Shown: positions 50,401-60,710 of the stretch, piece by piece
Numbering within the stretch: the first letter of the stretch is position 1
Layout: each line of letters starts with the position of its first letter
DNA from: Candidatus Enterousia intestinigallinarum
GTDB taxonomy: Bacteria > Pseudomonadota > Alphaproteobacteria > Rs-D84
DNA length: 64,000 nt
Direction: 5' to 3'
Assembly: GCA_018716885.1 (NCBI GenBank)
Contig: DVJI01000012.1
Span: 175,065 to 239,064 of the forward strand
The notes under the pieces: generated by a model
What the model saw: only the letters and a program-made list of their open reading frames with translations
Told to the model about the DNA's origin: nothing
Database searches by the model: none
Made by a program: the position numbers and the translations under genes

Positions 50401-53400
50401 ATGAAAGGACTTAAACGGCTTTTTATTGGTTGCCTGGCGGTATTTATATGTGCGGCTACGTGCGGCGCATTTGCTGACGATTCGTCAGATGTTGCGCGTG
50501 CCGCAACACGACGTGGTGCAACGACAACCGTGACCCGTGCACAATCTGGCAATGACACCGCCGAAGCGCAACCGACAATTACGTCCGGCATATCGCGTTC
50601 AACGAATTTATCTGCAACTGGCGTATCTGTACGCGACAGAACAAAGTCCGGCACAACAACGCGCACTAATGTTGTTGTCCGCGATACAACTGGTGCGCGC
50701 AGTGCGACCGATACGTCGCAAACCGTATCCGCCCGCACCACTTCGACCGTTATGCCGCGGGCGGGCACGACAAATGCTGCGACCGTTGTTTCTGCCCCAT
50801 CGCGCAGCGCAATCACCACGCGCAGTACAACCCCGACTGTTTCACGCACTGCGACAACTGGCGGCACAACAATATCACGTGGCACAGTGACACAATCATC
50901 CACGGCACGCGGTACGGCATCCACATCTGCCGCGGCACGTGCGGCAATCAGTCGCGCCGCCGCCGGCACCACGACATCCGCCACAACCGCGCGGCGCGCA
51001 ACCGGCACCAATTCTTCGCGCATATCACGCGCTGGCACTGTCACCGCCGAAGAAATAATGAACCGCGATTACACCACCTGTCGCGAAGTTTATTACAGCT
51101 GTATGGATGAATTTTGCGCAAACAAGGACAGTCAATTAAAGCGCTGTGCCTGTTCTGCACGTGTGAACGAATTTGATTCCGTAAAACAGCAACTGACCGA
51201 AGTTGAAGATAAACTGTTGGACTTTAATCAACGGTTGCTGACTGTAAATATGGACAAAGAAGATGCCGAAGCGATATTCCAGGCAACCGAAGGCGAACTG
51301 GCATTTCAACAAGAAGACACAACCGCGTCCAAAGAATTATTGGACGAAATTTCTGATAAATTAAATTCGACATTTGACACCAGTTCTATGGATTCTAATC
51401 TGGCGCCAATTTCATTATCGTTAAATGTAGACGCCGCATTTGACAGTGTTGATTCACTGGCTGGCGCGTCAACAACGACAAAATCTGGTACAGAATTATA
51501 CCAGGCCGCCCTGCCCGTTTGCCGTGAAATGGCATTGGAAGTATGCACCCAGGATGCATTGGACATCGTGGAAAGTGGATATCAGATGGCAATCGAACAG
51601 GACTGCAACACCGTATCCAAGACATACCAGACGCAACAGGATCTGGCACGTGAAAAAATTCGTGAGGGCAGCGCCCTGCTGGACATATCGCGACTGGATA
51701 TATATCAACAGCGTAATTCCGATGATATTTTGACCTGTAAAAAGAAAATGTTGGATATGCTGACCAACACGTCGGTATGCGGCACCGATTTGCAAAAATG
51801 TTTGGACATCAGCGGTCAGTATATCGACCCATCCACGGGTGAAGCAATCCTGACGTCAAACCTGGTAAATTTGGCCACCCTGATAACCCGGCCACAGGGG
51901 AATCAAACCTGGACCAGCGCACCGGGCAACGAAAAATTTGTTTCATATCTAAATTCGAAAAAGCAATATTTGGAATCCGCGACAGAAAACTGCCAGGATA
52001 TTGCCGACTATGTATGGGACGCATTTATTGAAGACGCGTTGGCACAAATCAAACTGGCCCAGGAAAGCAAACTGGAAGACGTCCGTCAAAGTTGTACAAC
52101 ACTGACGACCCAGTGCTTAAATGACGCCGCCGATTCCCTGGAAGATTTCGATGCCCGCGCCCTGTCTATTTTCGGGGTTGAAGCAGATAAAACCGTAAAT
52201 CAAATGTGTTCCGAGGTTCAAATGGCCTGTACCGCACTGCTGGATACGGTCGATGGCGGTACCGACTGGTCGTCTGGTATGACGGAAATTGCCACCGACA
52301 AAACATACGAAACAATTCTGCAGACCTGCCGCGAAGTTGGTCGCAACTGCATCATACAGTCGTGCAAATCCATTTCCGGCAACTTTGGCTTGTGCGAAGA
52401 TATTCAAACGTCCGTCAATAGAAAGGCGATTATCAATCGTACCGCCTGTTGGGACGAAGTCGTGAACTGTGTTGCATCCGCCGGAATTAGTTCTATAAAC
52501 AAGATAACCGAACTGCAGGACTCATCAATAGACGATATCAACGGTTCGTTCTATTCAATGCTGTACGGTAGTGTATATGACATAACCAACGACGAACTGG
52601 AATCAGGTTTTACCGATGCATCGTGCATAATTGATACCGAAGACGAAGACGGCAACCCGATAACCAACAACTGCATATATGATATATGCTCAAACGAATG
52701 CGGTTGGGACGCAGGAACCGGCGAATATTCACGTATATCGTCTGATGAATGCCAGGTATGCCGCCTGGCGGAACAAATCTGGGGTAATTGTGAAACCCAT
52801 CCGTCCGTCAATCTGCAGGCAGACAACTCTCATAACAAAATTAAAATCCCGGTTGGGGATGCACCAGAAACCCTGCTGTCTTGGTTTGCGAAAAACACAA
52901 ACACCGAAGACGTTCTGGACAGTTGTCGTGACACGTCGTGTGGTCCTGGATACATATCATATTGGGACAGCGACAAGCAGGCATCCGTATGCGTTTCACG
53001 TACGGATATATCGGATGATGGTCAGATATGCCCATTAGACAAACTGTGGCGCGTAAAAATCGGTGATTACTATAATTGTTGCAAACTGGATGACAACAAA
53101 TCGGGCACCCGTGATGCATTTGGAAACTGCTGCCTGCTGGGTGAAACCACCAGCAACAGCATCACCGGCGTTGATTGGTCGGTTACGAAGGGCTATTGGG
53201 ATTCAAACCGCACTTCGAACCCCATCACGCCAAATGTACAGGCAAGTGACGCAATGGGCAACGGTACCGTTCCAGATGCCAAGGGTCTGTGCCTGCCGGC
53301 CGATGCAACGTTTGTTATGGCGTTCCCTTTAAGTGGCGGATATTATGGCTCTGGCATTGGATTCCTGTTCTGTAACGGCATCCCCAGCGCCGGTGATGAT

Positions 53401-53694
53401 AAAGCCGATCCATATCCTGGCGGAAAAACGGTTCAGTGCACTGGTAACTATATTGTCGTGACAAAGTCCGGAAATTATATGACACCGCAATACACCCAAA
53501 ATGCAAACGGCGACGCATTTTCTGGAACCATAACCCAAATACCAGCCAGTTTCTATCTGGAACAATCTGAAACGCAAAACATTTCGCAATGCAACAAAAC
53601 ATATACAAATGCGTGGCAATGGTTGAAAACGGTTGGTGATGCAGAACCAACTGCCTGTGAACCGCCAGACCCGGCCAACTGGTTGATACGATAA
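50401..53694 (+). CDS. large secreted Cys-rich protein with Thr/Arg/Ser-rich N-terminal region
   Basis: 1097 aa, signal peptide, low-complexity T/R/S/A region of about 200 aa, many Cys. Confidence 0.85.
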   Translation: MKGLKRLFIGCLAVFICAATCGAFADDSSDVARAATRRGATTTVTRAQSGNDTAEAQPTITSGISRSTNLSATGVSVRDRTKSGTTTRTNVVVRDTTGARSATDTSQTVSARTTSTVMPRAGTTNAATVVSAPSRSAITTRSTTPTVSRTATTGGTTISRGTVTQSSTARGTASTSAAARAAISRAAAGTTTSATTARRATGTNSSRISRAGTVTAEEIMNRDYTTCREVYYSCMDEFCANKDSQLKRCACSARVNEFDSVKQQLTEVEDKLLDFNQRLLTVNMDKEDAEAIFQATEGELAFQQEDTTASKELLDEISDKLNSTFDTSSMDSNLAPISLSLNVDAAFDSVDSLAGASTTTKSGTELYQAALPVCREMALEVCTQDALDIVESGYQMAIEQDCNTVSKTYQTQQDLAREKIREGSALLDISRLDIYQQRNSDDILTCKKKMLDMLTNTSVCGTDLQKCLDISGQYIDPSTGEAILTSNLVNLATLITRPQGNQTWTSAPGNEKFVSYLNSKKQYLESATENCQDIADYVWDAFIEDALAQIKLAQESKLEDVRQSCTTLTTQCLNDAADSLEDFDARALSIFGVEADKTVNQMCSEVQMACTALLDTVDGGTDWSSGMTEIATDKTYETILQTCREVGRNCIIQSCKSISGNFGLCEDIQTSVNRKAIINRTACWDEVVNCVASAGISSINKITELQDSSIDDINGSFYSMLYGSVYDITNDELESGFTDASCIIDTEDEDGNPITNNCIYDICSNECGWDAGTGEYSRISSDECQVCRLAEQIWGNCETHPSVNLQADNSHNKIKIPVGDAPETLLSWFAKNTNTEDVLDSCRDTSCGPGYISYWDSDKQASVCVSRTDISDDGQICPLDKLWRVKIGDYYNCCKLDDNKSGTRDAFGNCCLLGETTSNSITGVDWSVTKGYWDSNRTSNPITPNVQASDAMGNGTVPDAKGLCLPADATFVMAFPLSGGYYGSGIGFLFCNGIPSAGDDKADPYPGGKTVQCTGNYIVVTKSGNYMTPQYTQNANGDAFSGTITQIPASFYLEQSETQNISQCNKTYTNAWQWLKTVGDAEPTACEPPDPANWLIR

Positions 53695-53936
53695 TGATTG
53701 GCAAACACTTGACAATTTATAAAATTCGTCATATATTTATAAATGAACGAACAAGCGGTACAAAAATATTGGTCAGTAAAAACAAATGATTGGTGAAAAC
53801 AATCTTTATCGTTTTTATTCGGGTGGCACACCTGATTGGCCACCGTGTGACGCGTGTCACGCGGGGGGGATAACGGGGGATGAAATTTCACCGAAATCAA
53901 CTGTTGCTGATGATAATTTTGTGTCAGAACAAGGAT

Positions 53937-53968
53937 AAAAGTCCGGGAATTTTTCCGGGCTTTTTTGT
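53937..53968 (+). terminator. intrinsic terminator upstream of the lipoprotein gene
   Basis: AAAAGTCCGGGA/TTCCGGGCTTTTTT hairpin with T-tract. Confidence 0.6.
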
Positions 53969-54027
53969 ATTTATCGGGAAAAAATCCTAATAAATACATT
54001 GCCCAACAACAACCAAAGGAGGCAACA

Positions 54028-54456
54028 ATGCAGTTCAAAAAAACGATACCATACAAACTGAAAAGAATAATCCCGATGTTGGGTATTGCGGGCGCATCAC
54101 TGTTTATGGGCGGCTGCGAGAAAGAAGAACCATTGCGTGATGTAGAATTATATTTTTCAGATAACAATTTTGAAATATTTGATACAAATGCGATTCAAGA
54201 GGCCATAGACCAACAAGATGTCCGCACAGTTTATTTAGTTGCAACAGGTGGGTGGGAAACTATGTGGAAAAATAATATTAAAATATTTGTAGAATCAACG
54301 TTACGCCCATCAATAAATATGTCACCAAAGGTTCGTGGCAAGGGAGATTTTAACTTTCGTCCAGGCCAAGCATCACTGGTACCAGAGGATAGTTTATGGA
54401 TAACCCAACAAGGTTGGACGATAAACAAATATCGTTCGCCAAAAGAGTACCAATAA
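54028..54456 (+). CDS. hypothetical lipoprotein
   Basis: RBS AAGGAGG; lipobox MGGC followed by EKEEP. Confidence 0.75.
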   Translation: MQFKKTIPYKLKRIIPMLGIAGASLFMGGCEKEEPLRDVELYFSDNNFEIFDTNAIQEAIDQQDVRTVYLVATGGWETMWKNNIKIFVESTLRPSINMSPKVRGKGDFNFRPGQASLVPEDSLWITQQGWTINKYRSPKEYQ

Positions 54457-54591
54457 GAAAAATCCGGCATTATGCCGGATTTTTTATGCCGAAAATAACC
54501 ACAGTTTGGTTTTGTTGCTTTTATCATTTGACAGTACGGCGAGAAACGTGCAAAAATTTAATCATAAAAGCGCTATACGGCGGGGGAATAA

Positions 54592-55848
54592 ATGAGAAAG
54601 ATTTTATTTTTAATACCATTATTGGTTATTTGTGCAATTCCAACGCATTCATATGCCATTACCGAGGCCGAGTGCAGCACCAAAGAAACCCAGGAAGAAT
54701 GTCCCGCTGGCTGCTATTGGGATCGTACGGGTTGCAAAGTGTGCGGGGTTGGTGAATATACGACAAAGGCTGGTCAAACAGAGTGTACACAGTGTTCCCA
54801 CCCAACCAAGGGCTCTTGGGAATGGGCGGACGAATCAACTGGACATACGGCTAATGATTGCCCTTGGACTACAACATGTGAATATAATGAATATTGGGAT
54901 ATATCTGGTATTATTAACGGCAGTAACTTTGGTTGCGAACCGTGTGGCGAACATTATAATTCCACACAAACAAATAGCTATCCAATATCTGGTGCAGGTA
55001 TAATATCTACCGATGGGCTACAATATCTAAAAGACGCCGTTTGCGTTGGCAAGGTTTATAAACTGGATTTACAGCGGAACACCTGGTTTCTTCCAAACCA
55101 ACATAAACAAGCATATGTAAAATTTGACGAAGGTTTTGCAGCCAACGCAAATTCAGGTGACTGGGATGAAAACTATTTGCCACAAAGTGCCGTACCAGGC
55201 GACAGACCAATAAAATCATTCAAAGGATATAATTCAAATAAAGATTGCAACGACATAATGTTTTTCACCAGGGAAGAATCGAACGGTACAATAAAAGCAA
55301 AATTTAATCAAAACTGGAACAGATTGTTTAATTTAAAAGATTCTGAAGAAAATACCAAACAATTATTTATGTGCTGGGAAAACTTAGAGGCAACAATAAA
55401 TTATTTGAACCCCTCAGGTGGTACTTGGAAACAGGACAAATATACAATGGATGATGACAAACCAGATAGTTATTATAAAATACTGCAATATGGGGGTTCA
55501 GTCCCCGACGGGGGTATGTTTAGCCACTATACTTGTACATACATTGATGCGGCAGGCACTGAAAAAACGTGTACAAAAAGTACAGTCACACCAGAAACTA
55601 CAGATTTTGTCCCAGATGGTACAACAGTCAACCTAAAACCAAATTTTGGCGATTGTCCGGATGGCTATTGGTGTAAAAGTGGTAGCAAAAACCCCTGCCC
55701 GGCCGGCACAACCAGCGCGGGTGGTGCGGCCAGCGAAGAAAATTGCTATATGGTGCGCGGGAACAACGGTACCAGATTTTGTGACAGCAATGGGTGTTTC
55801 TTCCTGCCGGGTAGTGGTAACATTTCTTTTGCCCCAGATACCCCATAA
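54592..55848 (+). CDS. Cys-rich secreted protein
   Basis: Signal peptide; CPAGCYW, CPDGYWC...PCPAGTTS...CY motifs. Confidence 0.85.
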   Translation: MRKILFLIPLLVICAIPTHSYAITEAECSTKETQEECPAGCYWDRTGCKVCGVGEYTTKAGQTECTQCSHPTKGSWEWADESTGHTANDCPWTTTCEYNEYWDISGIINGSNFGCEPCGEHYNSTQTNSYPISGAGIISTDGLQYLKDAVCVGKVYKLDLQRNTWFLPNQHKQAYVKFDEGFAANANSGDWDENYLPQSAVPGDRPIKSFKGYNSNKDCNDIMFFTREESNGTIKAKFNQNWNRLFNLKDSEENTKQLFMCWENLEATINYLNPSGGTWKQDKYTMDDDKPDSYYKILQYGGSVPDGGMFSHYTCTYIDAAGTEKTCTKSTVTPETTDFVPDGTTVNLKPNFGDCPDGYWCKSGSKNPCPAGTTSAGGAASEENCYMVRGNNGTRFCDSNGCFFLPGSGNISFAPDTP

Positions 55849-55862
55849 TAAAATACGCCAAC

Positions 55863-56384
55863 CTAGAACAATTTTATCCGTGAAATTGCATCATTTATTG
55901 CCGACATTTCTGCGTCTGTAAATTTACCCAAAACCCAGTCCGCTGGATCAATCGGTAATCCCAAATCACGCGGGTGACCTATGCCGATGCGTATTCGCCG
56001 ATATTCCGAACCAACCGCGGAATCTATGGATTTTATACCATTATGACCCGCACTGCCCCCGCCGACCTTTTCCCGCAGGGTGCCCGTCTTCAAATCCATA
56101 TCGTCGTGAATCACAACCAGGTTTTCAATCGGAATTTTATAAAATCGCATCAGTGCCCCAACCGCCGCACCACTGTTATTCATAAACGTTTGCGGCAATG
56201 TAAATATAACACGGTGGCCTTTTATATTATCTGAATACGTCAACGCGTTGTGTTCCGTACGCCACGTGGCATCATCTGGTACAAAATGCCGCACCGCGAT
56301 AAATCCGACATTATGCCGTGTGCGTTCATACTGTATCCCCGGATTGCCCAGACCAACTATCAAAATCGGTTTATTTTCTTGCAT
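55863..56384 (-). CDS. pth: peptidyl-tRNA hydrolase
   Basis: VGLGNPG..Y..TRHNVGF, FMNNSG, HDDMD, GHNGIKS. Confidence 0.98.
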   Translation of the reverse strand: MQENKPILIVGLGNPGIQYERTRHNVGFIAVRHFVPDDATWRTEHNALTYSDNIKGHRVIFTLPQTFMNNSGAAVGALMRFYKIPIENLVVIHDDMDLKTGTLREKVGGGSAGHNGIKSIDSAVGSEYRRIRIGIGHPRDLGLPIDPADWVLGKFTDAEMSAINDAISRIKLF

Positions 56385-56429
56385 ATATGTCTCTTTTTTT
56401 TATTATAATATCATATAAAGGAGAAAAAT

Positions 56430-56969
56430 ATGAAATTAAAATATGCGGGTATACTAACCGTTGTTTCCATTTTGTTTGCTGGCACATCTGCAAATGCCGG
56501 CGCGTTGTTTGATGTATATGCTGGTGCGACAATCGGCGTTGGTGCCGCAACTATGTTCGCCGATGACAAAGACGTTACTCATTCCGCCCAATCGTATGGC
56601 GCAGTGGTCGGATTGGATATCCCGGTTTTTCGCTTTGAACTGGAATATGATTATCTGCAGGCGGACAGTATTGAAATGCACCTGGGGATGATAAACGCAT
56701 ATGCAAAAATGCCCCTGCCCGTGGTTAAACCATATCTGGGTGTTGGCGTTGGTAATGTATTCAGTGGCAAAGATAATGATTTTGTCGATATTGATTCCGT
56801 TATCGCGTACCAGGGTATGCTGGGTGTGACATTTGACATACCGGTTCTGCCGATTGATGTTGACGTCGAAGGCCGCGTTCTGTACGCCGCAGATATTTAT
56901 GACGTTGCAGGTATAAAGCCGGACTTTTTACAGTACGAAGGTCGCCTGAAACTGCGCTATGTGTTCTAA
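56430..56969 (+). CDS. outer membrane beta-barrel (porin family) protein
   Basis: Signal peptide, RFELEYDY, KPYLGVGVG, terminal YVF. Confidence 0.85.
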   Translation: MKLKYAGILTVVSILFAGTSANAGALFDVYAGATIGVGAATMFADDKDVTHSAQSYGAVVGLDIPVFRFELEYDYLQADSIEMHLGMINAYAKMPLPVVKPYLGVGVGNVFSGKDNDFVDIDSVIAYQGMLGVTFDIPVLPIDVDVEGRVLYAADIYDVAGIKPDFLQYEGRLKLRYVF

Positions 56970-56993
56970 ATGGGCAACATAACAGGATAACAA

Positions 56994-59777
56994 ATGCTGA
57001 CGCTGATTGATGGTAATTCCATATTATTTCGTGCATACTATGGCGTGCACAGTCGCCTGACGCGCGCGGACGGCACGCCGACCGGTGCGGTGTACGGATT
57101 TTTTAATATGGTTTTACCAATATTAGCATCGGCGTCGGCAAATGATTCTTTTGTATGCGTATTTGACGCATCGCGCATATCTTTCCGCCAGGATATTTAC
57201 CCCGCGTACAAGGCCAATCGCACGGAAACACCCGCCGACCTGATATCGCAATCGTACCTGGTACGCGAAGGTGTCGCCGCAATGGGAATACCGGTTTTGT
57301 GTATCCCCGGGGTTGAGGCAGACGACGTCATCGCAACTTTGGCACGTGAAAACTGCACCGGCATTGATGCAACACGCATTATCACCAGTGACAAGGATTT
57401 AATGCAACTGGTATCCGACTGCGTATTTTTATACGACGGTATGAAACAGCGTGAAATCCGCACGCCCCAGGTTGTAGAGAAATTCGGTGTCACCCCCGAC
57501 CGAGTTATTGATGTGCAAAGTTTAATGGGCGATTCGTCCGACAATGTACCTGGTGTTCCCGGCGTTGGCCCCAAAAAGGCCGCCGAACTGATAAACCAGT
57601 TTGGGTCACTGGACGGACTGTATGAACATTTGGACGATGTAAAAAACGAACGTACGCGAAATCTGCTGCGCGATAATCGCGACAGCGCGTACATATCGCG
57701 CCAACTGGTAACACTGAAAACGGATGTAGATTTAACGGGACTGAAAATTACGCCGTTTATATTTAATACCCCGGCGGCACTGGCATTTGTTCGCGATAAA
57801 TTGGAAAGCAATTCATTGGCCGCAAAAATTGAAAAACTGTTCCCAATGGATAAATTCAACGCCGGTCCACGTCCGGAACTGTTTGAGTACGCCGGTTCAA
57901 ACTGTGAAATCAATACTGGCGATGACACCAAAACGGCATCGACCACCGCGACAATGAAAAAACTGACCTGGGAAACAATTACAACCCCTGATGCGCTGGA
58001 CAGATTCTTGGCAACCGCAACCGACAAAATTGCAATAGACACCGAAACAACGGGGCTAAACTATCTGGATGCGCAACTGGTTGGGATATCGCTGGCAACA
58101 AACGATACGCACGGCGCATATATACCGATTCGCCACCGCAGCGCGGGCGACGATTTGTTTGCAGAAAATAAAATCGCCCCCAATCAATTAAATATAGATA
58201 TTGTGCGTGAAAAACTGTGGCCTATATTCACAAATAAAAATATTATAAAAATTGGTCATAACCTGAAATATGACCTGCATATATTTGAAAATGCGGGCTG
58301 GAATACCGACCAAATTACACCGATTGATGATACAATGCTGTTGTCATATGCACTGCACGGGACACTGCACGGACACGGTCTGGACGAATTGGCGCAAAAA
58401 TATCTGGCCCACACTAATATATCGTTTGCGTCGCTTTTCCCGCCAAAGACGCGTGACGCGGATATGCACTTTGACGCATTGGATATTGATGCCGCCGCAC
58501 CATACGCGGCCGAAGACGCAACTATCACAATGGCGCTGTATAACCTGATGCGGCCCCAGTTGAATAAAAACGAAAAATTACGCGAACTGTATGAAACGTG
58601 CGATTTGCCACTGATGCCAATTTTAATGCATATGGAACGCGCAGGCGTGCTGGTGAACAAAACTGGCCTGCAACAGTTGTCAAATGTGTTTCACGAACAA
58701 CTGACGAAATTAGAATCTGAAATCTGGAATCTGGCCGGACACGAATTTAATATCGCCAGTCCAAAACAACTGGGCACTGTTTTGTTTGATGAACTGAACC
58801 TGCCCGCTAATCGCAAGCGTTCAACTGACGCAGAAACCCTGAACGAATTGGTTGACGTTCACCCAATAATTGAAAAAATATTAAATTGGCGTTCAATCGC
58901 AAAGTTGGCGGGCACATACGCCGACGCATTGCCGCGACAAATCGCACCCGACGGACGTATTCACACAACATATCTGCAGACCAGCACCAATACTGGCCGC
59001 CTGTCCAGTCGTGACCCGAACCTGCAGAACATACCGATAAAAACCGAACTGGGCGAAGAAATACGCAAATGTTTCATTGCGCCGACGGGTCGGGTTCTGA
59101 TATCGGCGGACTATTCCCAGATTCAACTGCGCCTGTTGGCGGATGTGGCTAATGTTAAAACATTTCGCGAAACGTTTAATTCCGGGGCTGACATCCACGA
59201 ACAAACCGCACGCCAGATATTTGGAATTGCCGCCGACGCACCGGTTCCGCGTGATTTACGCCGGGCGGCCAAGACCGTGAACTTTTCAATTATATATGGA
59301 ATATCGTCGTTTGGGCTGGCGGGTCAACTGGGTATATCGCGTGGCGCCGCATCGGAAATAATAAATTCGTATATGGCGGGACTGCCGGAAATACGCGACT
59401 ATATAGAATACATAAAAAATTTTGCAACGGCGCACGCGTGCGTCTATACCCCGTGGGGGCGCAGAATTGAATTGCCCGAAGTAAAAAATCCACGCACCCG
59501 CGCATACGCACTGCGTGCCGCGGTCAATGCGCCAATTCAGGGATTTGAAGCAGACCTGATGCGTCGCGCGATGGTTGATATAGAACGTGATATTATGCGC
59601 CCAAACGCGGATAAAATACGTATGATAATGCAGGTTCACGATGAAATAATATTTGAGTGCGATGAAACCGTGGCCACGGACTTTGCCACCCGTATCGAGG
59701 CCGCAATGGAAAACGTCGCTAAACTATCCGTTCCCCTGGCGGCGGATTATACAATCGGCAAATTCTGGGGCAAATAA
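56994..59777 (+). CDS. polA: DNA polymerase I
   Basis: 5'-3' exonuclease (LIDGNS, EADDVIATL), DTETTG, TGRLSS.DPNLQNIP, ADYSQI, QVHDE. Confidence 0.99.
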   Translation: MLTLIDGNSILFRAYYGVHSRLTRADGTPTGAVYGFFNMVLPILASASANDSFVCVFDASRISFRQDIYPAYKANRTETPADLISQSYLVREGVAAMGIPVLCIPGVEADDVIATLARENCTGIDATRIITSDKDLMQLVSDCVFLYDGMKQREIRTPQVVEKFGVTPDRVIDVQSLMGDSSDNVPGVPGVGPKKAAELINQFGSLDGLYEHLDDVKNERTRNLLRDNRDSAYISRQLVTLKTDVDLTGLKITPFIFNTPAALAFVRDKLESNSLAAKIEKLFPMDKFNAGPRPELFEYAGSNCEINTGDDTKTASTTATMKKLTWETITTPDALDRFLATATDKIAIDTETTGLNYLDAQLVGISLATNDTHGAYIPIRHRSAGDDLFAENKIAPNQLNIDIVREKLWPIFTNKNIIKIGHNLKYDLHIFENAGWNTDQITPIDDTMLLSYALHGTLHGHGLDELAQKYLAHTNISFASLFPPKTRDADMHFDALDIDAAAPYAAEDATITMALYNLMRPQLNKNEKLRELYETCDLPLMPILMHMERAGVLVNKTGLQQLSNVFHEQLTKLESEIWNLAGHEFNIASPKQLGTVLFDELNLPANRKRSTDAETLNELVDVHPIIEKILNWRSIAKLAGTYADALPRQIAPDGRIHTTYLQTSTNTGRLSSRDPNLQNIPIKTELGEEIRKCFIAPTGRVLISADYSQIQLRLLADVANVKTFRETFNSGADIHEQTARQIFGIAADAPVPRDLRRAAKTVNFSIIYGISSFGLAGQLGISRGAASEIINSYMAGLPEIRDYIEYIKNFATAHACVYTPWGRRIELPEVKNPRTRAYALRAAVNAPIQGFEADLMRRAMVDIERDIMRPNADKIRMIMQVHDEIIFECDETVATDFATRIEAAMENVAKLSVPLAADYTIGKFWGK

Positions 59778-59829
59778 AAATCCGGCCACATATGGCCGGA
59801 TTTTTATTAAATTTATACCGCTAAAATAA

Positions 59830-60510
59830 CTATTCCTCATAATGGCAATTACCATTTACAATCTGAAATTTTCCATTGCTGTCACCAGAATATGTATTTA
59901 CTGGTATATAGCAAGCCCCAATATTCAATGGACATAAATTTGGATCTGTCATACCTGGTATCATCATCATAATTCCACCTTCTGGTTGAGAATACCTTTT
60001 ATAATTCGGGCATTCTGGACAAGTGTATTCTGTTATCATTCCTGTCAATCCGGGGGCCATATAAGTATTTGTTACAGGATAATGCATTACATTGCAGCAG
60101 ACACTTACACCATCTGAACAAGTTGCATTTTCTGGACATTCAGCACACCGCATAGCCGACCCGCCACCGACACTGGTTCTATAGTACCCATCGGGATTAC
60201 AGCGATATACACACGTTCCATCTTCGGCAGCTGAATCACATTGCGTTTGTAATCCATTACCAATGTCTTTCCAGGATGGTCCAAAATATCCCTCGCAAGA
60301 TTGCCCTTTGCACGCAGTAATAATAACGCTGCCGCCACCGCAATACGCATCACACTGGCTAGACGATGGCGCACAACACACATCCTGGCCAATTTGTACT
60401 GTACCGCAGACCACCCACCCAATACCAGGACAGTTATTCAGGGATGTCGTCGCCATTGCACCAGATGTAATCATTATACCAGCAAATAAAATAAACCATT
60501 TCATAACCAT
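59830..60510 (-). CDS. Cys-rich secreted protein
   Basis: RBS GGAAAGGA, signal peptide, C-terminal ACYIP.N...DSNGKF....NCHY. Confidence 0.85.
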   Translation of the reverse strand: MVMKWFILFAGIMITSGAMATTSLNNCPGIGWVVCGTVQIGQDVCCAPSSSQCDAYCGGGSVIITACKGQSCEGYFGPSWKDIGNGLQTQCDSAAEDGTCVYRCNPDGYYRTSVGGGSAMRCAECPENATCSDGVSVCCNVMHYPVTNTYMAPGLTGMITEYTCPECPNYKRYSQPEGGIMMMIPGMTDPNLCPLNIGACYIPVNTYSGDSNGKFQIVNGNCHYEE

Positions 60511-60566
60511 ATTCCTTTCCCTTTGCGCCGAAAACAAACGGTCGATAAGGAACGTCAAAAATGGTG

Positions 60567-60596
60567 TTGACGCAGACGCAGAAATTGGGGTAAAAT
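60567..60596 (+). promoter_or_regulatory. promoter TTGACG-18-TAAAAT pointing into cassette 3
   Basis: Conserved with 5701-5730. Confidence 0.6.
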
Positions 60597-60624
60597 GAAA
60601 TTAAACAAATGCCGAAAATAAACC

Positions 60625-60710
60625 ACCGATAAAAATCGGTGTTTTTATTTTTGTAAAAATCCCTGATTTCTGCATTTTTTTACTCCCCATTTTTGCCGAA
60701 AAAAATCGGT
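60625..60710 (-). promoter_or_regulatory. putative invertible 86-bp RBS/start/signal-peptide cassette, copy 3 (OFF)
   Basis: Minus-strand GGGGAG + ATG (60675) encoding MQKSGIFTKIKTPIFIG; ends ACCGAT 60625-60630 / ATCGGT 60705-60710. Confidence 0.8.

Noticed and set aside
53875-53920. Fluoride riboswitch-like GGGGATGAAATTTCACC...GCTGATGA
   Set aside because: P1 is mismatched, the pseudoknot partner is missing and the downstream gene is not a fluoride-related gene
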